From the NCBI GenBank assembly GCA_973895155.1, contig OZ316897.1, positions 3,115,416 to 3,179,415 of the forward strand: 64,000 nt of DNA, written 5' to 3'. Positions 37,975-52,974 of this stretch are shown piece by piece (the first letter of the stretch is position 1; every line of letters starts with the position of its first letter). The notes beneath the pieces are model-generated. The model worked only from the letters and a program-made list of their open reading frames with translations. It made no database searches and was not told the DNA's origin. The DNA comes from Marsupella aquatica (lineage: Eukaryota; Plantae; Marchantiophyta). Position numbers and translations under genes: made by a program.

Positions 37975-40689
37975 CACTGTGCAATACATTTACCATATAT
38001 AATGTAAGAGTGCAGCATGACCGTACTTACTTACCTCTTGTTGTTTTGTTTTATCATTAAGGCGCAAATAAGCACTTTCATCATCCTCATCAGATTGAAT
38101 GTAAATCTGGGTGGACGGAGTGAAGCAATCAACATGCAAGCTGATAGTCGATGTCGGCAATTGTTTTCGACTATCCTCATCTCCATTGCTGTGTGCAACC
38201 TCCTCATCTGCTTGAATTTCTTGTGCCTGCTATGAAAACGAAGGCTATGCAAGAGTGGTGACAACGGCTCTACCTCTGCTCCTTGTCTTGCATCATCTTC
38301 AGGGTTTGTTGATGCAGACGGGGATCCTGAAGGTTTCTTCTCTTCTGAAAGCAGCTGTTGCTTGTCGGCAGGACAGAGGCCGGAGCCCACATCGTTGGAA
38401 GCCTTCCCTGAGCCAGCAGAACCCTAGGGAGAAAGTCCTGAATACCCAGGGCACAATTTACGAGCCAAATTGGCGCTCATGGCACAATATGCCCTCAGAA
38501 CAAAAATTAACATGCCCTGTAGGAAATTAAACATGAAAATATAATTAGAGTCCACAATGCAATATAAGAAATTGGGAAAGTTGCACGTAGGCCACAAATA
38601 CCCCACTCTTACCCCCTCATACCCCTATTATCCCACCCGCACCATTCGTACCCCACTCCTATTCTCATTCGTATCCCATTCGTACCCCAGATATATATAT
38701 GCCCCACTCATGCCTCAAACGGATTCCATAAATAGTTTTCAAATTACAATGTACTCAACATTCAAGATGTACTTCAGATATAGGTCGGTGCATACTTATT
38801 GCCTTTAAGTTCCCAAACTGTACCATCTGAAGACCCTTTGCGGGTGTTATCAATGGCACCCAGAAAGATGATAACTTTGACTTATCACCATCAGACATGG
38901 CCTAGCTCCATGAACTTGAGCTTCCACCACCTTACCTTCTTAATAAGGTGGATGCTCTATGGTATTCCACGACCAACCACTTCCCCACTATACTGCCCCC
39001 TATATTTGACCAATTTATCCGCATCTCTCACTTGCAATTCTGCCAAAGTGGGCTTGAAGGCATAAGCACAAGTCCATACTTAATGGCCAGAACCTCATCT
39101 TCATCTGCATGTACCTTCATTTTTTCAGTCATCATCACCTCTTTTTGCCCCGCTTTTTGCAACAGTACTTAGGGAACCTGCAATGGAAGTACGTGCAATT
39201 GGAGATCAGGATTGTACACACACTAATGCGATGAACTCTCAAACAGAACATAAATCAAGACTGATGAAACTACCTTCCATGTTCCTGGCAGTTGTTTTCC
39301 TCCATTCGTGCTTTCTGTTCTTCACCACTTCAAAGAGAAAGGCCTCTGGCCAAGGCATCTCATGTTTAGCCCCTATTTTGGGACACACAAATTTCAGAGG
39401 CACAAGTTCATGCATTCTACTCCTAATATACAATCTGCACTTCTCCTTTATTTTTGTGTTAGACTTGAAGTCTGCACTCAAGTATTCGTAGATCTCCTTG
39501 TTGGTGTCGTATGTGGAAAACCAGATCCTCACAGTTCTAAAGTTCGCCTTGTGGGCAATGTGGGTGTGCGCATGAATGGAACGTGTAGCAGATTTGTTTG
39601 TCACATTAAAAATATCTTAGGGTGAAGGATAGAAGGACTGCAGCCGCATTAATGCACAAACAATATATTAGTGTGCGCGCTTTATTTTTGTCGAAGGGAC
39701 CCTATTGGATATATGTAGTGCAACATACAAAATTCAAACAAGCAGATCGATATACATGGTATCACACAAAACAACCATACATCACGTATAGCAGGCACAC
39801 AACAAGGATCATTTGTCATACCCCTCTCTCTATTGCGCTGCGTTTGGAACCAGTTACTGGGGTCTCCGCTGTCCGGGTGACCGTGTTTTCTGGCAAGAGC
39901 ATGTTGGCTCTTTTGAAGTTAACCTTGCATGCTCATAAGTTCTACACTAAAATCAAAATGATAATTCTAGTAACAAGGGTAGTGGGTATTAAGAAAGGTT
40001 CAGGTGAAACTAAAATACTGTTAAACCTTCTTCACCATACTTGCGGACCAACACATCATGAAAATTAGTTTTCTTACGACATATGATCCTAATATCTCCA
40101 AGAGAAAATGAAACAGGAATATCATCCGGACTCCTATTCAGATCCATGACTTCAATAAAGGACAAAGATGATGCACTCCCACTCCTCTCGGTACGACATC
40201 ACTAGGTATATTATTGGCTCATTAGAAACTATAACAGCAGTTGCAAACTGAGCTCCAAAATGATAGGTTAGATGTTGCCTCATAGATGGTTTGTCTAAAA
40301 GATGGACTCTAATCAAAAACAGATTACGAAGGGGAAGATTAGGGATAACTCTCTCTCCTGGATTCATGATGGCTCTCCTATTCCTTTGCTATCCGGGCCA
40401 AATAACGCCCCACCCCTATATTCCCAAATAAACCTTATTCCCTAAGGTCCCATCTATAAGTCTACCACTCATTCCTTTGCTATCCGGGCCAAAGGACGCC
40501 CCACTACTATGTTCAAGGCACAAAAGAGCTTCACAACCTTGAATGATAAACACTGCGGAATGAGGGGAGAGTGCCCCTCACCACTTTATTTATAGTGCAC
40601 ACCAAGAGGGCATGGATCAAGCCCAAGCACTTGGATGAAGGCCAAGTGTTAAACATCTAATACCTAAGAGTGTGCTAGTACTGTTCATA

Positions 40690-40900
40690 GTTGGTGAAAC
40701 TACTTTTAATAGGTGGAACTACCATGCGTTGGTGGAACTACTATGCGTTGGTGGACCTACTATGCGTTGGTGGACCTACTATGCATTGGTAGAACTACTA
40801 TGCGCTGGTGGACCTATTGTGCGTTGGTAGAACTACTATGCGTTGGTGAATATTATTGTAGTTGGTGGAACTACTCATATGCATTGGTGGAACTACTATA
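40690..40900 (+). repeat. 19-bp minisatellite (ggtggaactactatgcgtt, about 10 copies)
   Basis: Units start at 40712, 40731, 40750 and onward. Confidence 0.9.
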
Positions 40901-43384
40901 GTCCGTTAATATAGCTAAAGAAGTTTAATAAAATTTAAATTTAATAATCTAACTACTAAATTATTTATATAATCTATAGCATATTAAAACAAACAATTTT
41001 TTATAACTTAAGAGAAAATCACGACACCGCTGGGGTCGACTTCTCTCCACCAGTGCCACAATCCACATGTGAGTCCACATGTGAGGTCTCAATCTTAAGT
41101 GTATCAGCTGATCTGCCACTGCCTTGGAACGTCATCGAAATGAGATCCTCTTTGACCGAGAGTGGTTGCAGGGCAGAGGTCCCCCTCTGAAGGGTATCTG
41201 AGTTTTTGCCCACGATGTCTAATCGCAACCACTCTGGATCACCTTCGACATTAATTGTTGTGTTTGGTTTGTCAGCTGGAACGAGCAACATCAGAAATTG
41301 CCTGTTCTTCATGTCCTTCCAGTCAGCCACCCACTTTCTCAAGGCTGCCATGTGCTTGAAGATATGTATCCCCAGAGTGGAAAAGAAGAAGGACCACTCA
41401 TCGTTGGTTCCCATAGCAAAGAAGCCATCCCCACTAATTGTGAAGTGTTCGATCTTGGCGGAGTACATTGTTGTGCCTATACATAATGCAATTTGCTCTG
41501 AACACAACTCAGAAGTAGTCAACTTGTCCAAGTTGGCCATTGCAATGTAACGTGAACAAAAATTGGGTACTCCCTATGACACTGCACCTCTTGTGCGCAC
41601 CTGATCCACGAGAAATTCCCTATGCCATGAGGGACCTGAGGGAGGGACCTAAGTACAATAAACATCGCGAGGCCGATGCGATAGGGAAAGAAGACTGGAC
41701 ACACACTCTTTTCCCTGCCTTGGAAATGGGTGGTTTGTTTCAAAAATATTTGAACAGCCCGCCGAGATTGGAGGTCCCCTTGAGAATGCAACACAGTTCA
41801 TTCGCCACTTCAATTTCTTTCTCAGATGTGAACAACCCGCCAAGATAGAAGTGCCCCTCCAGGATGCGACACAATGCACTTGCCGCCCCAAGATTGAAGT
41901 GGGCCTCGAGGATGCAACACAGCTAGAGTGCACTTGGCGCCTCAATTTCCCTCAATTTCTTTGTCAAATTTCAACAGCCCGCCCAAGTGTCCCCTTTGAA
42001 ATGGCGTTATATCCGCAGCCTCGGGCACCCACCTCATCTCTGTTTGTTTGAACCCATAGAATTTCCTCATGATTACCCGGATGATTACACGGCTGATTTA
42101 ATTTCCCCCACTCAATAAGTCCACGTACTTTGGATTTATGTGAAGGGCAGTCCACTATTCCGCAGGAGACAACCCCGTGCCACGCCTCCGGGCCAAAATC
42201 CAAAGCTAGAACTTCCGGAAGCTTAGTAATGGCTTGCCTGATTTTGAGGAAGGCATCCTATGTGGCAAAATACCATTTACGGATTTCGTGGAGATAATTA
42301 AGGCACGCGTCAATCGTCCCACCACTTTCAGATGGATTGTTTTTCTCCCACGGAAACAATCATTCCTTGTTTGGTTACAAAACGGTGACAAAGGCACTGC
42401 ATCTCCCATTTCCAATGTTCAATTCTCCACCTCCGCAAGAAGCACACAATAGATGATGGACTTTGGTACCAAAGTCCACGATGGGCCCTTACAACGACGG
42501 CTGAGGAGGACGGTGGACTGTTGTTCATTGAAAGTTTGCGCGATCGCTTGTTGACTACAGGAAGTTAATACATACCTATTTCTTTGGACAATTCTCAGAT
42601 GTATAGATCGAATGCATACTATTTCTTGTTAAATTATATAGTATGCATGTATGATTAATTGTTTCCAATATAAATCTGTTCACAGGTGTTGTACTCGACT
42701 GAATGGACAGATGTTTCCCCAACCTCGACCCCAACCCCTCCATGTATTCCTTTCCAAGCCCGGCCGGGCAACTTCCATCCCACCATACAATGCAAGCCAG
42801 GCGAGAACGTTGAAACTAATCATCATCTGAACCCAAGGCTGGCCAGCCATCCCCGTTTACCTCCGACCCTAAACGAAGCATGCTTTAGTGTGAGATCAAC
42901 GTCTGATTGGTGATGTGATCCAATTACAGCATCGCAGTAGGTAATCTCCATACTCTATTTACTTCATGCATCTTTCATGCATATTACAGTGATTGAAACG
43001 TTTACTGTCCACGGAGGTTTTCCAAGGCCATGCAGATTTCACCCCAGAACAATGGAGGACCTCAATATATGAATACAGTGGTGGAAAGCAGTGAATTCAT
43101 TGGCTGCTAGGGGTTACGTGCGGGATGCAATCTGGGTATGGCCCCTGGGCCCTCAGTCTTAACTAATACGTGGAGGACGTGCGAACGCTCAAAGGGTAGT
43201 TTTTATTCATTTTGAACTAATAATTATAATTATTACCGGTAATAAGGGAACTTTTAATGGTAAAATGGAAATAACAAGGGGTAAACACAAAAAGGGCCCG
43301 ATCGTAGGGGGTCCACTTCTTTTACATGGATATCCTGGTACCCTATCCTGCCGAAGTGGACCCCTATCCTATCGGATATACTGG

Positions 43385-44160
43385 TATCCTATCTTGCCGA
43401 ATGCACCATTATATAAGGAAATGGTACCATATCCTACCTAATGCACCATTATTTAAGGAAATGGTACCATATCCTGCCTAATGCATCATTCTATGAGAAA
43501 ATGGTACCATATCCTGCCTAATGCACCATTCTATGAGGAAATGGTACCATATCCTACCTAATGCACCATTATATCAGGATTTGGTATCATATGGTGCCTA
43601 ATGCATCATTCTATGTGGAAATGGTACCATTTCCTATCTAATGCACCATTCTATGAGGAAATGGTACCATATCCTGCCTAATGCACCATTCTATGAGGAA
43701 ATGGTACCATATCCTACCTAATGCACCATTATATAAGGATTGGTATCATGGTGGTACCATTTCCTCATAGAATGGTGCCTAATGCATCATTCTATGTGGA
43801 AATGGTACCATATGATGCCTAATGCATCATTCTATGAGGAAATGGTACCATATCCTGCCTAATGCATCACTCTATGAGGAAATGGTACCATATCCTGCCT
43901 AATGCACCATTCTATGTGGAAATGGTACCATTTCCTGTCTAATGCACCATTCTATGAGGAAATGGTACCATATGGTGCCTAATGCACCATTCTAGGAGGA
44001 AATGGTACCATATGGTGTCTAATGCATCATTCTATGAGGAAATGGTACCATATCCTGCCTAATGCACCATTCTAGGAGGAAATGGTACCATATGGTGCCT
44101 AATGCACCATTATATAAGGATTTGGTACCATAGGGTGCCTAATGCAACATTCTATGAGGA
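43385..44160 (+). repeat. 40-bp tandem array (about 19 copies) containing the palindrome ATGGTACCAT
   Basis: Unit aatgcaccattctatgaggaaatggtaccatatcctgcct; short local inversion near 43750-43780. Confidence 0.95.
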
Positions 44161-44754
44161 TTGGAAAACATAATAGGAAAAGCATTGAAAAACACAGAAT
44201 AGTGCCACAATTTGCCCCTATTTTAGAACAAAAATAGGGAACAAACAAAATATGTGGAGAACGGACTATGTTTTCCCAGACTAAAAATCATCAAAATCAA
44301 GTGAAGTTACATTCCCGGACCTTACAACCTTTATTATAGTTTGTAATGGTACCTTATTGTTTGAACTCTACCTGAATATGGGCCGGGTATCATTTTGCGT
44401 ACATCCTCTACCTTAATATCACCGCAGGGACAATTCGGTGTGAAGTTATCCTAATGTATGCAAGGCGTAATCGTTAAAAGTCAACTTGCCTACATATGAG
44501 GAAGGTAACATTACTGTTTGGGCTGGACTAGCGCGCTTATAATGTATTATGCAACAAACTGACATGCATGTTTTAAATATACTGACTTTAGTTGGTCAAA
44601 CACTTATTCAATGTCATCAAGTGCGCTCTTGGTGGACCGAAAAGAATGATGAAGGTGTTCGTGGAGAAAGGTGTTCGTGATGAATGTGTTCGTGCTTTGC
44701 TCTTCAGCAAGGTGAAGCCAGAGTCTGTCGCGTGCTCTTTTGTGTATTGCCAAT

Positions 44755-45627
44755 ATGCCGACGGAACCGAAGGAACAATGTTCGTGTCAATACAAATGTT
44801 CGCGTCTACAGAATGGGTTTGATTTCATCAGCCCAAGAACTCGACAACGACATGCACACCTTGACAAACTTGGCACGGTCATTCCCGCAAAGTTTATTGT
44901 GGATCGGGGCAACTTTGATGGCCATGGCAAACCGTTTCAAGAGTCAAATGGAGCACATGCAACCTTGGGTAATGCACAGACTCAATTGTGCCAACAGCAA
45001 GAATGGCGGAATAGACGCGCAATAGAGCTGTACAGGGCCCTTACGGGAGGAGATGGTCATGCACATATGGGAACAAACAACGTGCCAAATTACATGGATG
45101 TGGATGTGGATGCAATTAATGGTCCACTTCCCATACAGTATGGGATACACATTTTGCCGCGAATCAATTTGAATGTGGATGAAGCAATATATTGGCAGAC
45201 TTGGAGATTGCAGTCCATGCTTGATGAGGCCAAAATGCCTCAGGCTTTGCAAGACAACATTTTGAAAATGCTGTTTGGGAAGGTTCAGATGCCCGCATCA
45301 GAAAATGACACAAGTCCAGCCGACTTCGAAGGTGTAGGATTGGGTGCCCTCCTACGCATGGCTGGTGTGGCGTGGGGCGGAGGACTCCATGGAATAGATG
45401 CGTTGTCGTCATTCAAGGGTTTGTGTGGCACTTTTGAGCAATATGGGATGCCAAAGACCCAGCGGTGGAGGATGTGTATTGGAGAGAAGCCGAACTGGCA
45501 TAGTCCAATTGTATTACAACCGTCACGCAAAGATGACTACAATGTTCGAAGCGGAGTTAAGTGTATCTGTTCAAACACAAGGAGTAAGTGGCATCTAGCT
45601 AGGGATTGTGTGCATATATTGTTCTGA
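44755..45627 (+). pseudogene. Probable N-terminal fragment of a CACTA/EnSpm-like transposase
   Basis: CSCQYKC...ISPRTRQRH N-terminal pattern, a helical block and then RWRMC. It lies downstream of a CCC-type terminus (43123) and a subterminal array. No catalytic core is visible. Confidence 0.4.
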
Positions 45628-48600
45628 ATGTTGCCCAATGGATGGATGTGGCAAAGCTCGTAAGGAGATGCTTTGGTTTGAATACTTCTCCATTGGTCCC
45701 ATGTTGCGGAAACTATGCAGCAGTCGTTCTGTTTGTCATGAGTTTCAAAAAATGTGGAGGGACAAAGATAGGTGGTTTTGAAGGGATAACACACCTAGGT
45801 CGTTGTACAAGGAATGGTGGTACGGCTATTGCGCGGCAGAGCTATCCTATTTTTGGGACACCAGCACACAATTTGAGGTTCCTGTCTTGTGCAGAAGATG
45901 TTATGCATGCTATGAGACTACATCACTGAACTATATCTCAACGAGGAAGGGCTTAGATTGGTAGCTGAGGCGATTCTTGAAGTCCCAGCGAAGTTCTTTA
46001 AGCTGAAGGGCAGCCAGCGGCTTACTCAAGCAGAGTTTGACAAGATTCCGGGGTACCTAGACCAGCAGATCGCAGTCGAAAAGCGCCAAGAAGACATCAG
46101 CAGACAACAGGAAGCGGCGCGTAATCTTACGTTCCTCGGGGAAAGCTCCAACGCCTTCAATTGGGATATGGCTACCCCGATACCACCAGTGCCTCAACCG
46201 ATGACCACCGGCGTACCGCCGAACCGGTCCCAAGTCCATCTAGTGATCAACACAGAGTGTTCTTCGGGGTCCGAGCAAGTTAGTCCGCAACTTAAACAAC
46301 TTTCTCGTAAGCGGCCAAGGACGACGGCCCCTGAATCAACAACGCGAACCAACGCCGCGCCTGCACCTGCCCTGGCCAACCCCCCGGCCAACCAAAACCG
46401 ACGGCCCCCAGATAACCCGAAGTCCAACTTATTACAGGTAATCCGCGTCCCTGAAGTAGTTTGGATCGTGATCAAGAAACTCAAACACGCAAACTATCTC
46501 AAGGAGCATTAGTTGGAGCAGTTCGCTCACTTGCTATGGAGGCCGTGCGCCGCCGGGCCGAGTGGGAAGTTGCAGGGCTGGCAGGAGCTCATCGTAGGCA
46601 ACAAACAATTTACAAAGGGAAAACGTCGGGATCAAACAAACCTTTGTGAAAGTGCGGGTGAAAGTGCACACAAAGTGCATACTTTGCGCAAAATACTAGG
46701 TTTTCACTTTGAGCACAATCTGTAGGTTACGAATGAGAGCAATGTTGAGCATTTGAGCTATCTATGTGTAATAAACATTGCCATTCAATATTACAAGAAA
46801 ACAATGCTCTTTGCAAAAATGCAGTACATTTGAGAGCCCTACTTGTATGTCCTGGATCCCTACCAAATTGCTAAACAGAATATGATCTAAAAGCTGCTAA
46901 TATATCTAGCCTTGTCTATCCCAAATTCTGAGAACTCAAATGGGTAATTGAGCTTCCAGGGATCTTTGTAGGTGTCCCATGGGCAAAAACAAATGTTATC
47001 ATCCCCAAGAGTCTTCCACAGTAAGAGATACTTGTTCTGATTGAACAAAGTGCTCTTAATTCCTGCCATGTCTACACATCCTGCAAAGTTGAAATTTATA
47101 ACTTGTCAATCAATCGAGCAGAGGAAGCAATGGGCAACAGCTGAGGAGCAGGAAATTTTGAAACCCATGGAGGGTCGTTCATGAGTGCTATAAACTCTGC
47201 ATTGGACATATTGTGGGCTCCTTGGGAAAATTCCTGCAAAGATTGAGAATCTGGCACTACAGGTGCTGATCGCATCTTCTCATGCCAAGAAGAGAAATTA
47301 CCAACTCCTGCTATGTCTACGCTATCGTGAACTCCAACACTCTTGCAATCTCGTCCTGGAAAATCTGAAATTGAATAACAAGTGCTCCAAGATGAGGAGC
47401 TGCTGGACCATATATTATCGTCGTCTTCCATGGTAGGGGCGTGGAAGAATGCAACTACCTGAAATTTGTAATTTGAAGCCTCTCTCAAAGCTCCCTCCCA
47501 GCCCCCAAGTTTGAATTGCTTGCAGGAAGCATTAATTTTCAGCTGAACCACTACCAAGAATAATGGGAAATGGCAAGGGCAAGACGGCCACAACATTATC
47601 GCACCTCCTTTGGTGTGATAGTCTTCCGCCTGGCTGAGAGCCCCAGGCCTGTTTAAAAGTACCCAAACCATGGGCACATGCAGGTTCGGGTACCCCCGAC
47701 ACACAACTTGCTGCACTAAGTTTCTAAAGAAGCATCAGGCCGGGCAGGTTGAATGAACGGTTTAGATGAAAAATATCAAGTGCAAAAGAGAAGTGAAGTG
47801 CTGCGCCCGTCTTGTAAAGTGCCCCTTAGTATGTAGTGTCACATAATGTCCTTCTTATTTGGAACACTTCAAAACACAGATTGAAATATGTTCAAGGATG
47901 AACATGATTTTACATATATATATAAAGCTAACCATGTATATAACATTACTTGCTAGCCGCAAACTACATCTATTTGTGGTACCAATACCAGTTTTTAATA
48001 TGCAATTGTTCAACTTACTCTTGTAGACAGAGTGAAGAGTCTTAAGATGGAAGTAAGGATTGGAGAAAAATCAAGCATTGGGAACCCAACATCCAGAATG
48101 CTTATTCACTCCTGGACCCCTCAAGGCCAGGATCCATACCTGGACTCGCGTTCCAACGCTAAAGATAAGTGGCAGCGTTTCCCACCCTTGATTTAACGTC
48201 TCTGGAAAGTCATGCCACTTTTGGTAAACATTCTCTAGGGTTTTTGTCTTCCATTGGCCCACTTTTCCACATAGCCAACCCTTACTAGCCAAAATGTAAG
48301 GATTGTCTTTAAATCTATCAAGATCTGACAATCCAAAATTAACATAAGAACACGATTTCGGACCGAACGAGAACTATTTCCTCTAAACAAGAAGTGTATT
48401 TTCATTTTCCGCCGAATCTCGCGAAATCGGCAGTTTTTTTCATCAAAAACACGTTTTTGGGGAAATAATGTAATTCGTATCGGAGTTCGGATTGAAACAG
48501 CAAATTTAATAATGATCAAAACCAATGAAATTCATGCTAACAAACATTCATATTATCAAGGAACAATTAGATCCGAAAAACTTTCTCCTCAACCTCATAT

Positions 48601-49262
48601 TCACGCTCTCCGAAGATATATGAAAGGTCTTATCTATAAATCCATATTCACGTTTCGAGCCAAGTGCGATAACTGTATCGGACTCCGGATTTGAGCCACG
48701 AAAGCTCCGACCCAATCTCAGTTTTCTCAGTTTTTGGATATTTACCAAAAATATTTTACATCATAGTCGATAAGAAGTACTGCACGGTTCGTCAAACTTA
48801 CCTTGCAGTTACCTCCGCAATTGACCAGTTACCTCCGCAAGTGACCATAGTCAACATGCCATTCTTTCAACAGCAATGCGCAGTCCGATAAAATTATCGT
48901 GAAAACTACGGGCGACAAAAATACTAGTCGACAATACTAAGATCCTTCGGTTCATCGGTTAAATTTCAAAATTCCTATCTATATGAAGAAAACTCTTCGC
49001 AATACCAACATCAGATAAATTTATCCCTTCAATTTCAAAATTGCAACTTCCATATGAAGGAACCACTTTTGCAATACCAACATCAGATAAATTTATCGCT
49101 TCAATTTCAAAACTATATAATTTTGCCACGATGCACGTGTGAGAATGAAATTGGAAATCCAAGAAATATACCCTTTTCTGCTATTTTGTCGTTTAGGGTG
49201 ACAACCAATCAAAAGTGGACACGTGGGCCAACCCCTCAACAGACACTATAAAAGGGCCACCG

Positions 49263-49559
49263 CTCGGGGGTTTCACTTCCACAAAAATGGCATATCACGT
49301 GCGACGAAGGATAGGGTCATTTTATTGGTTCTAAGGGAAGACTTAAGAATTTTTGTAGAAGAACAATAGGGTCTTTTAAATTCAATTTTGAGACTTATAA
49401 GAACATTAGGGTCTTTTTAATCCATTTTTTAGAATATTCCAAGAATATTCCAACTTTATAGGGGTTAAAAAATAATTTTTTTTTCTTACATTTTAGGGGG
49501 TTCGAGGCCTAAAAACGTCGCAGGCGATAGGGAGGTCCCCATATAGTGAGACCCCTGAG
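49263..49559. mobile_element. 297-bp MITE inserted just after the TATA box of element B's transposase
   Basis: Same family as 37678-37974; 8-bp TSD GGCCACCG. Confidence 0.93.
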
Positions 49560-49702
49560 GGCCACCGCCGATAAGTTTTTGGCGTCATTATCGAGAGTAG
49601 AGTTTTGGGAGTTGTGTTCTTGGATCAACATTCTGTCCGTTGAGCCTTTCGTTTTCCCTGATTGCGGGAGGAATGCAAAGCCCCATAGTATCTCGGATAG
49701 CC

Positions 49703-52700
49703 ATGTCTCAATCAGACACAGATTCACCTTCCAGTTCAGTTGAATCCCCTCCTAATCTTGTCACTCGCTGTTTGCCAAGTCGCATACTTAAAGCTCTACC
49801 TCTCTCACAGCAAATAGTGCCCGAAATCTCTGACTCAAATTCTGATGCAAGTTCTGGTCCTGAGCCCAGTACTTACTATGTGTCGCCTAGTAAACCTGAG
49901 AAGCGTCGTCTCTTGAGCGTTCCATCGCCAAGAAATGAGAAACTTTCAATCCCAGGTTTAGGTCCGAGATGTCGCTTCAGGCCATCCATCTCGGGTTATG
50001 GAGAGGGTATCCGGCGACCGATACGCGTATTGCAGTTGGCATTCAAGTCGCCACATTCAACACAAGTTCAACGACAGATCTTTCAGTCTCCGGGTGAGGA
50101 TCGGGACACAGAAATACAAAGACCGATACGGCGATCGGTCTTTGCATTGCCTGGACTGGATGTGCGAGCAAGCGAGGAATCGGACTGCGAAGTCCAGACT
50201 CGGCCCTTTCTCGAATGGTCCATGGGAATCATGGTGAACAAGTGCTCAATTTTCCAGCAGCTCGCGGAGTCGTTGGGACTGCACGTGCGAATCCAAAATC
50301 TCCAAGTTCTCAAGGGCGGACTGTCATTGGTTCCAGGCTCCAAGTATCGAGGAGAGGTCTTAGTGGCGTTCGGGTTATGTATAGAGAGCCACGGAGTCCA
50401 ATTGTGTTTTCAGATGAGTCGAGTGCATCGGAGGACGAAGATGAGGAAGGAGATAGAGAATCCGATATAATAGCACAAGTTGTGTCTTAATGTTTAGAAG
50501 GAGCTGTCGAAGAGAATAGTTATAGTCGTCTATTCAGTGCCCCTCTAAATGCGTCAAGGAGATCTATAGAGGATGGTAGCTCAGCAGAGAGTGATGCATC
50601 TATTCGCGAGGCACCTGAAGGACCCAAAAATGCCAATGTTATGAACGGATTTCAGGCTGTAGAGAAGTCAAATGAGCCTAGTAAAAAAGATAGGGACCGA
50701 ATTACTAGGAAAGACAATGTGATAAATGACAAATTGAATAGAAACAAAATGAGAGAAATTCATAAGTATTCGTGTTGTGATAATTACTGTCTGAGGAATT
50801 TGGGTCTGCTAGCCGTGACGAAACAACGCACTTATTACTATGGGCTATCCTACCCAGAGAAGAACGTCCTTCTAAGAGGATGTGTGAAGGGTGGGCATGC
50901 TGGTGCAAGTGGTTACTCAGTTAGCGGTAGATCCTTTTGTCGGAGTGGTTTTAAGAAATTATTTTTACTAGGAAATAATCATCTCCAAAAAATCTCGCAG
51001 AACATATTTTCTTGGATACAGATCGGTACAGTTTGTCGAGAAAAATCACCCGCACATCTTGGTCTCGTCCAATGGCTGGATGATTTTTTTTCCACAAATG
51101 TCGAGAGTCTCCCCAACAAGGATATCTTTCATTTACCTGACAATTGGACAAAAACAGAAGTTTTTGATGCCTTCCAGTCCAAAACTCTAATGCGCCAAGA
51201 ACAAGGCATGACATATTCGTGGTTTGTTCGCATTTGGAACAAGGAGTTTCCTCGCGTGCGTATCCCCAAAAGGAGCCGTTTCTCCACCTACGCCCCGTGT
51301 ACTGAATTCAAAGCACTCCGTGACAAGGCAACACTCGAAGCAGAAAAAAGTAAGTTTCTAAACCTGTGTGTTACTCCCGATAATTTTATCGGGTTGAGTA
51401 TTCATGTGCTTCTTCTTTGGCCATGTGAGTGAATATATCGTTTGAACAGTTTGAATACTGAACCTGATAAATTTATCGCTGTCATAGTTTTTCATTACGG
51501 TCTTGTGTTTGAATACTGAACCCGATAAATTTATCGTTGTCAGGGTTTATCATTACGGTCTCGTGTTTGAATACTAAACCCGATAAATTTATCGCTGTCA
51601 GGGTTCAACATTGCGGTTATCATGTTTTGTCCTAAACATTTTTATTATTGTAGGAAAATTCTCAAATTGCTAAACGAGCATCGGAAGGCACAAGCAGTCG
51701 AGAGGGAGAAGTTAGCAAAGCACCGGAGCAAATGTTACAAGAGTTCGGAGAAATATTTGGGCATCTGTATTGATGGAATGGATCAAAAGAAGACAGAGTT
51801 ACCTCATTTCATTCGGTGTCCGAAGAATATGGATGAAAAGTATTTCATCCCCATACACGTAGTGGGTTGTTTGATCTTCAACAAACAATTAAGTTCAAAT
51901 GTTTTTTTAAACTATCCAAATATTCACAATGATAGCAACCTGACCATCCACGTTATCCAGCATATTCTGAATACCTGGGAAGGTCTGCTCCCTCCAGTGC
52001 TTTACCTCCAGCTTGATAACACAGCTCGGGAAAACAAGAATAAATATCTTATGGCATATTTGAATATGTTGGTGGAGATAGGTGTTTTCCAGAAAATAAA
52101 GGTTGGTTTCCTATTGGTGGGGCACACCCATGATCAAATTGATCAAATGTTTAGCAAGTTTTCTTCAAAATTGAACAAGCGGAAAGCTTTCCGGTTGGAC
52201 ACTCTTTCAGCAATCATAGAGGAATCCTACAATCCTACGGCAAAGATATTTTTCGTCGACGAGGTTGCTGATTTCAAGAAATTTGTGTCAGACAAGGATC
52301 AAGCAAATGACAAGGATATGGATGGTCAGGTTCTACGTACTCTCCACGGCATAAGTGCTCAAAAACAATTTTGGATTACTAGAGTACTCGAAGATGGAAG
52401 TGCTCGGTCCGTATTCCATGCCAAACATCTTTCAACGACAACCGATTGGGGGGAGATGGTGGATTTTGTTTGGTACATTCCATCATCTGGAATGTGGGTC
52501 GCACCACAAATGGCATTGAAGTCGGCCAAGGGAGCGATAGGAGACAATGAAGAGCAAGAGAATGATGCTGAGGAACAAGATGAGCGGGCGGCTCAAAGTT
52601 ATTTGTCAACTCTTCAAAAATATTGAAGAGCAATTGAAGATGGATTCAATTACTTTGACGACGAAGATCGTCTATGGTGGGGTCGTTTTTTTGACAAACA

Positions 52701-52974
52701 AAAAGAAGTGATTCAGCACCACCTGAAACCTGCACAATGGAGTTTTGATTGGAGTTGGCCCAAGGTAAACGTACAGAGAGAACTTCCGAGTAATCCTACG
52801 GAAGCAGCAATGGAACCTAGCTTGGTTGATAAAGTAGCAGGTGTGAGGATAGTCATGTATTCTGGAAGTCGAAGAAAAGTCACGGAAATTGGAGACTTCA
52901 AGGATCTAGAGGTGAATACTAAATTTGCAATGACAGTCCGATATATGCAAAGTCCGATAAATTTATCGCATTAA
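49703..52974 (+). pseudogene. Sola-like DDD transposase of element B; intron 51350-51653; C-terminus lost after about 52932
   Basis: GICIDGMDQKKT, LYLQLDNTARENKNKY and FLLVGHTHDQIDQMFS; intron at the same position as in A. Confidence 0.88.

Noticed and set aside
46887-48331. ORFs 46887-47069, 47096-47716 and 48071-48331 as host genes
   Set aside because: No recognisable motifs or consistent exon structure.
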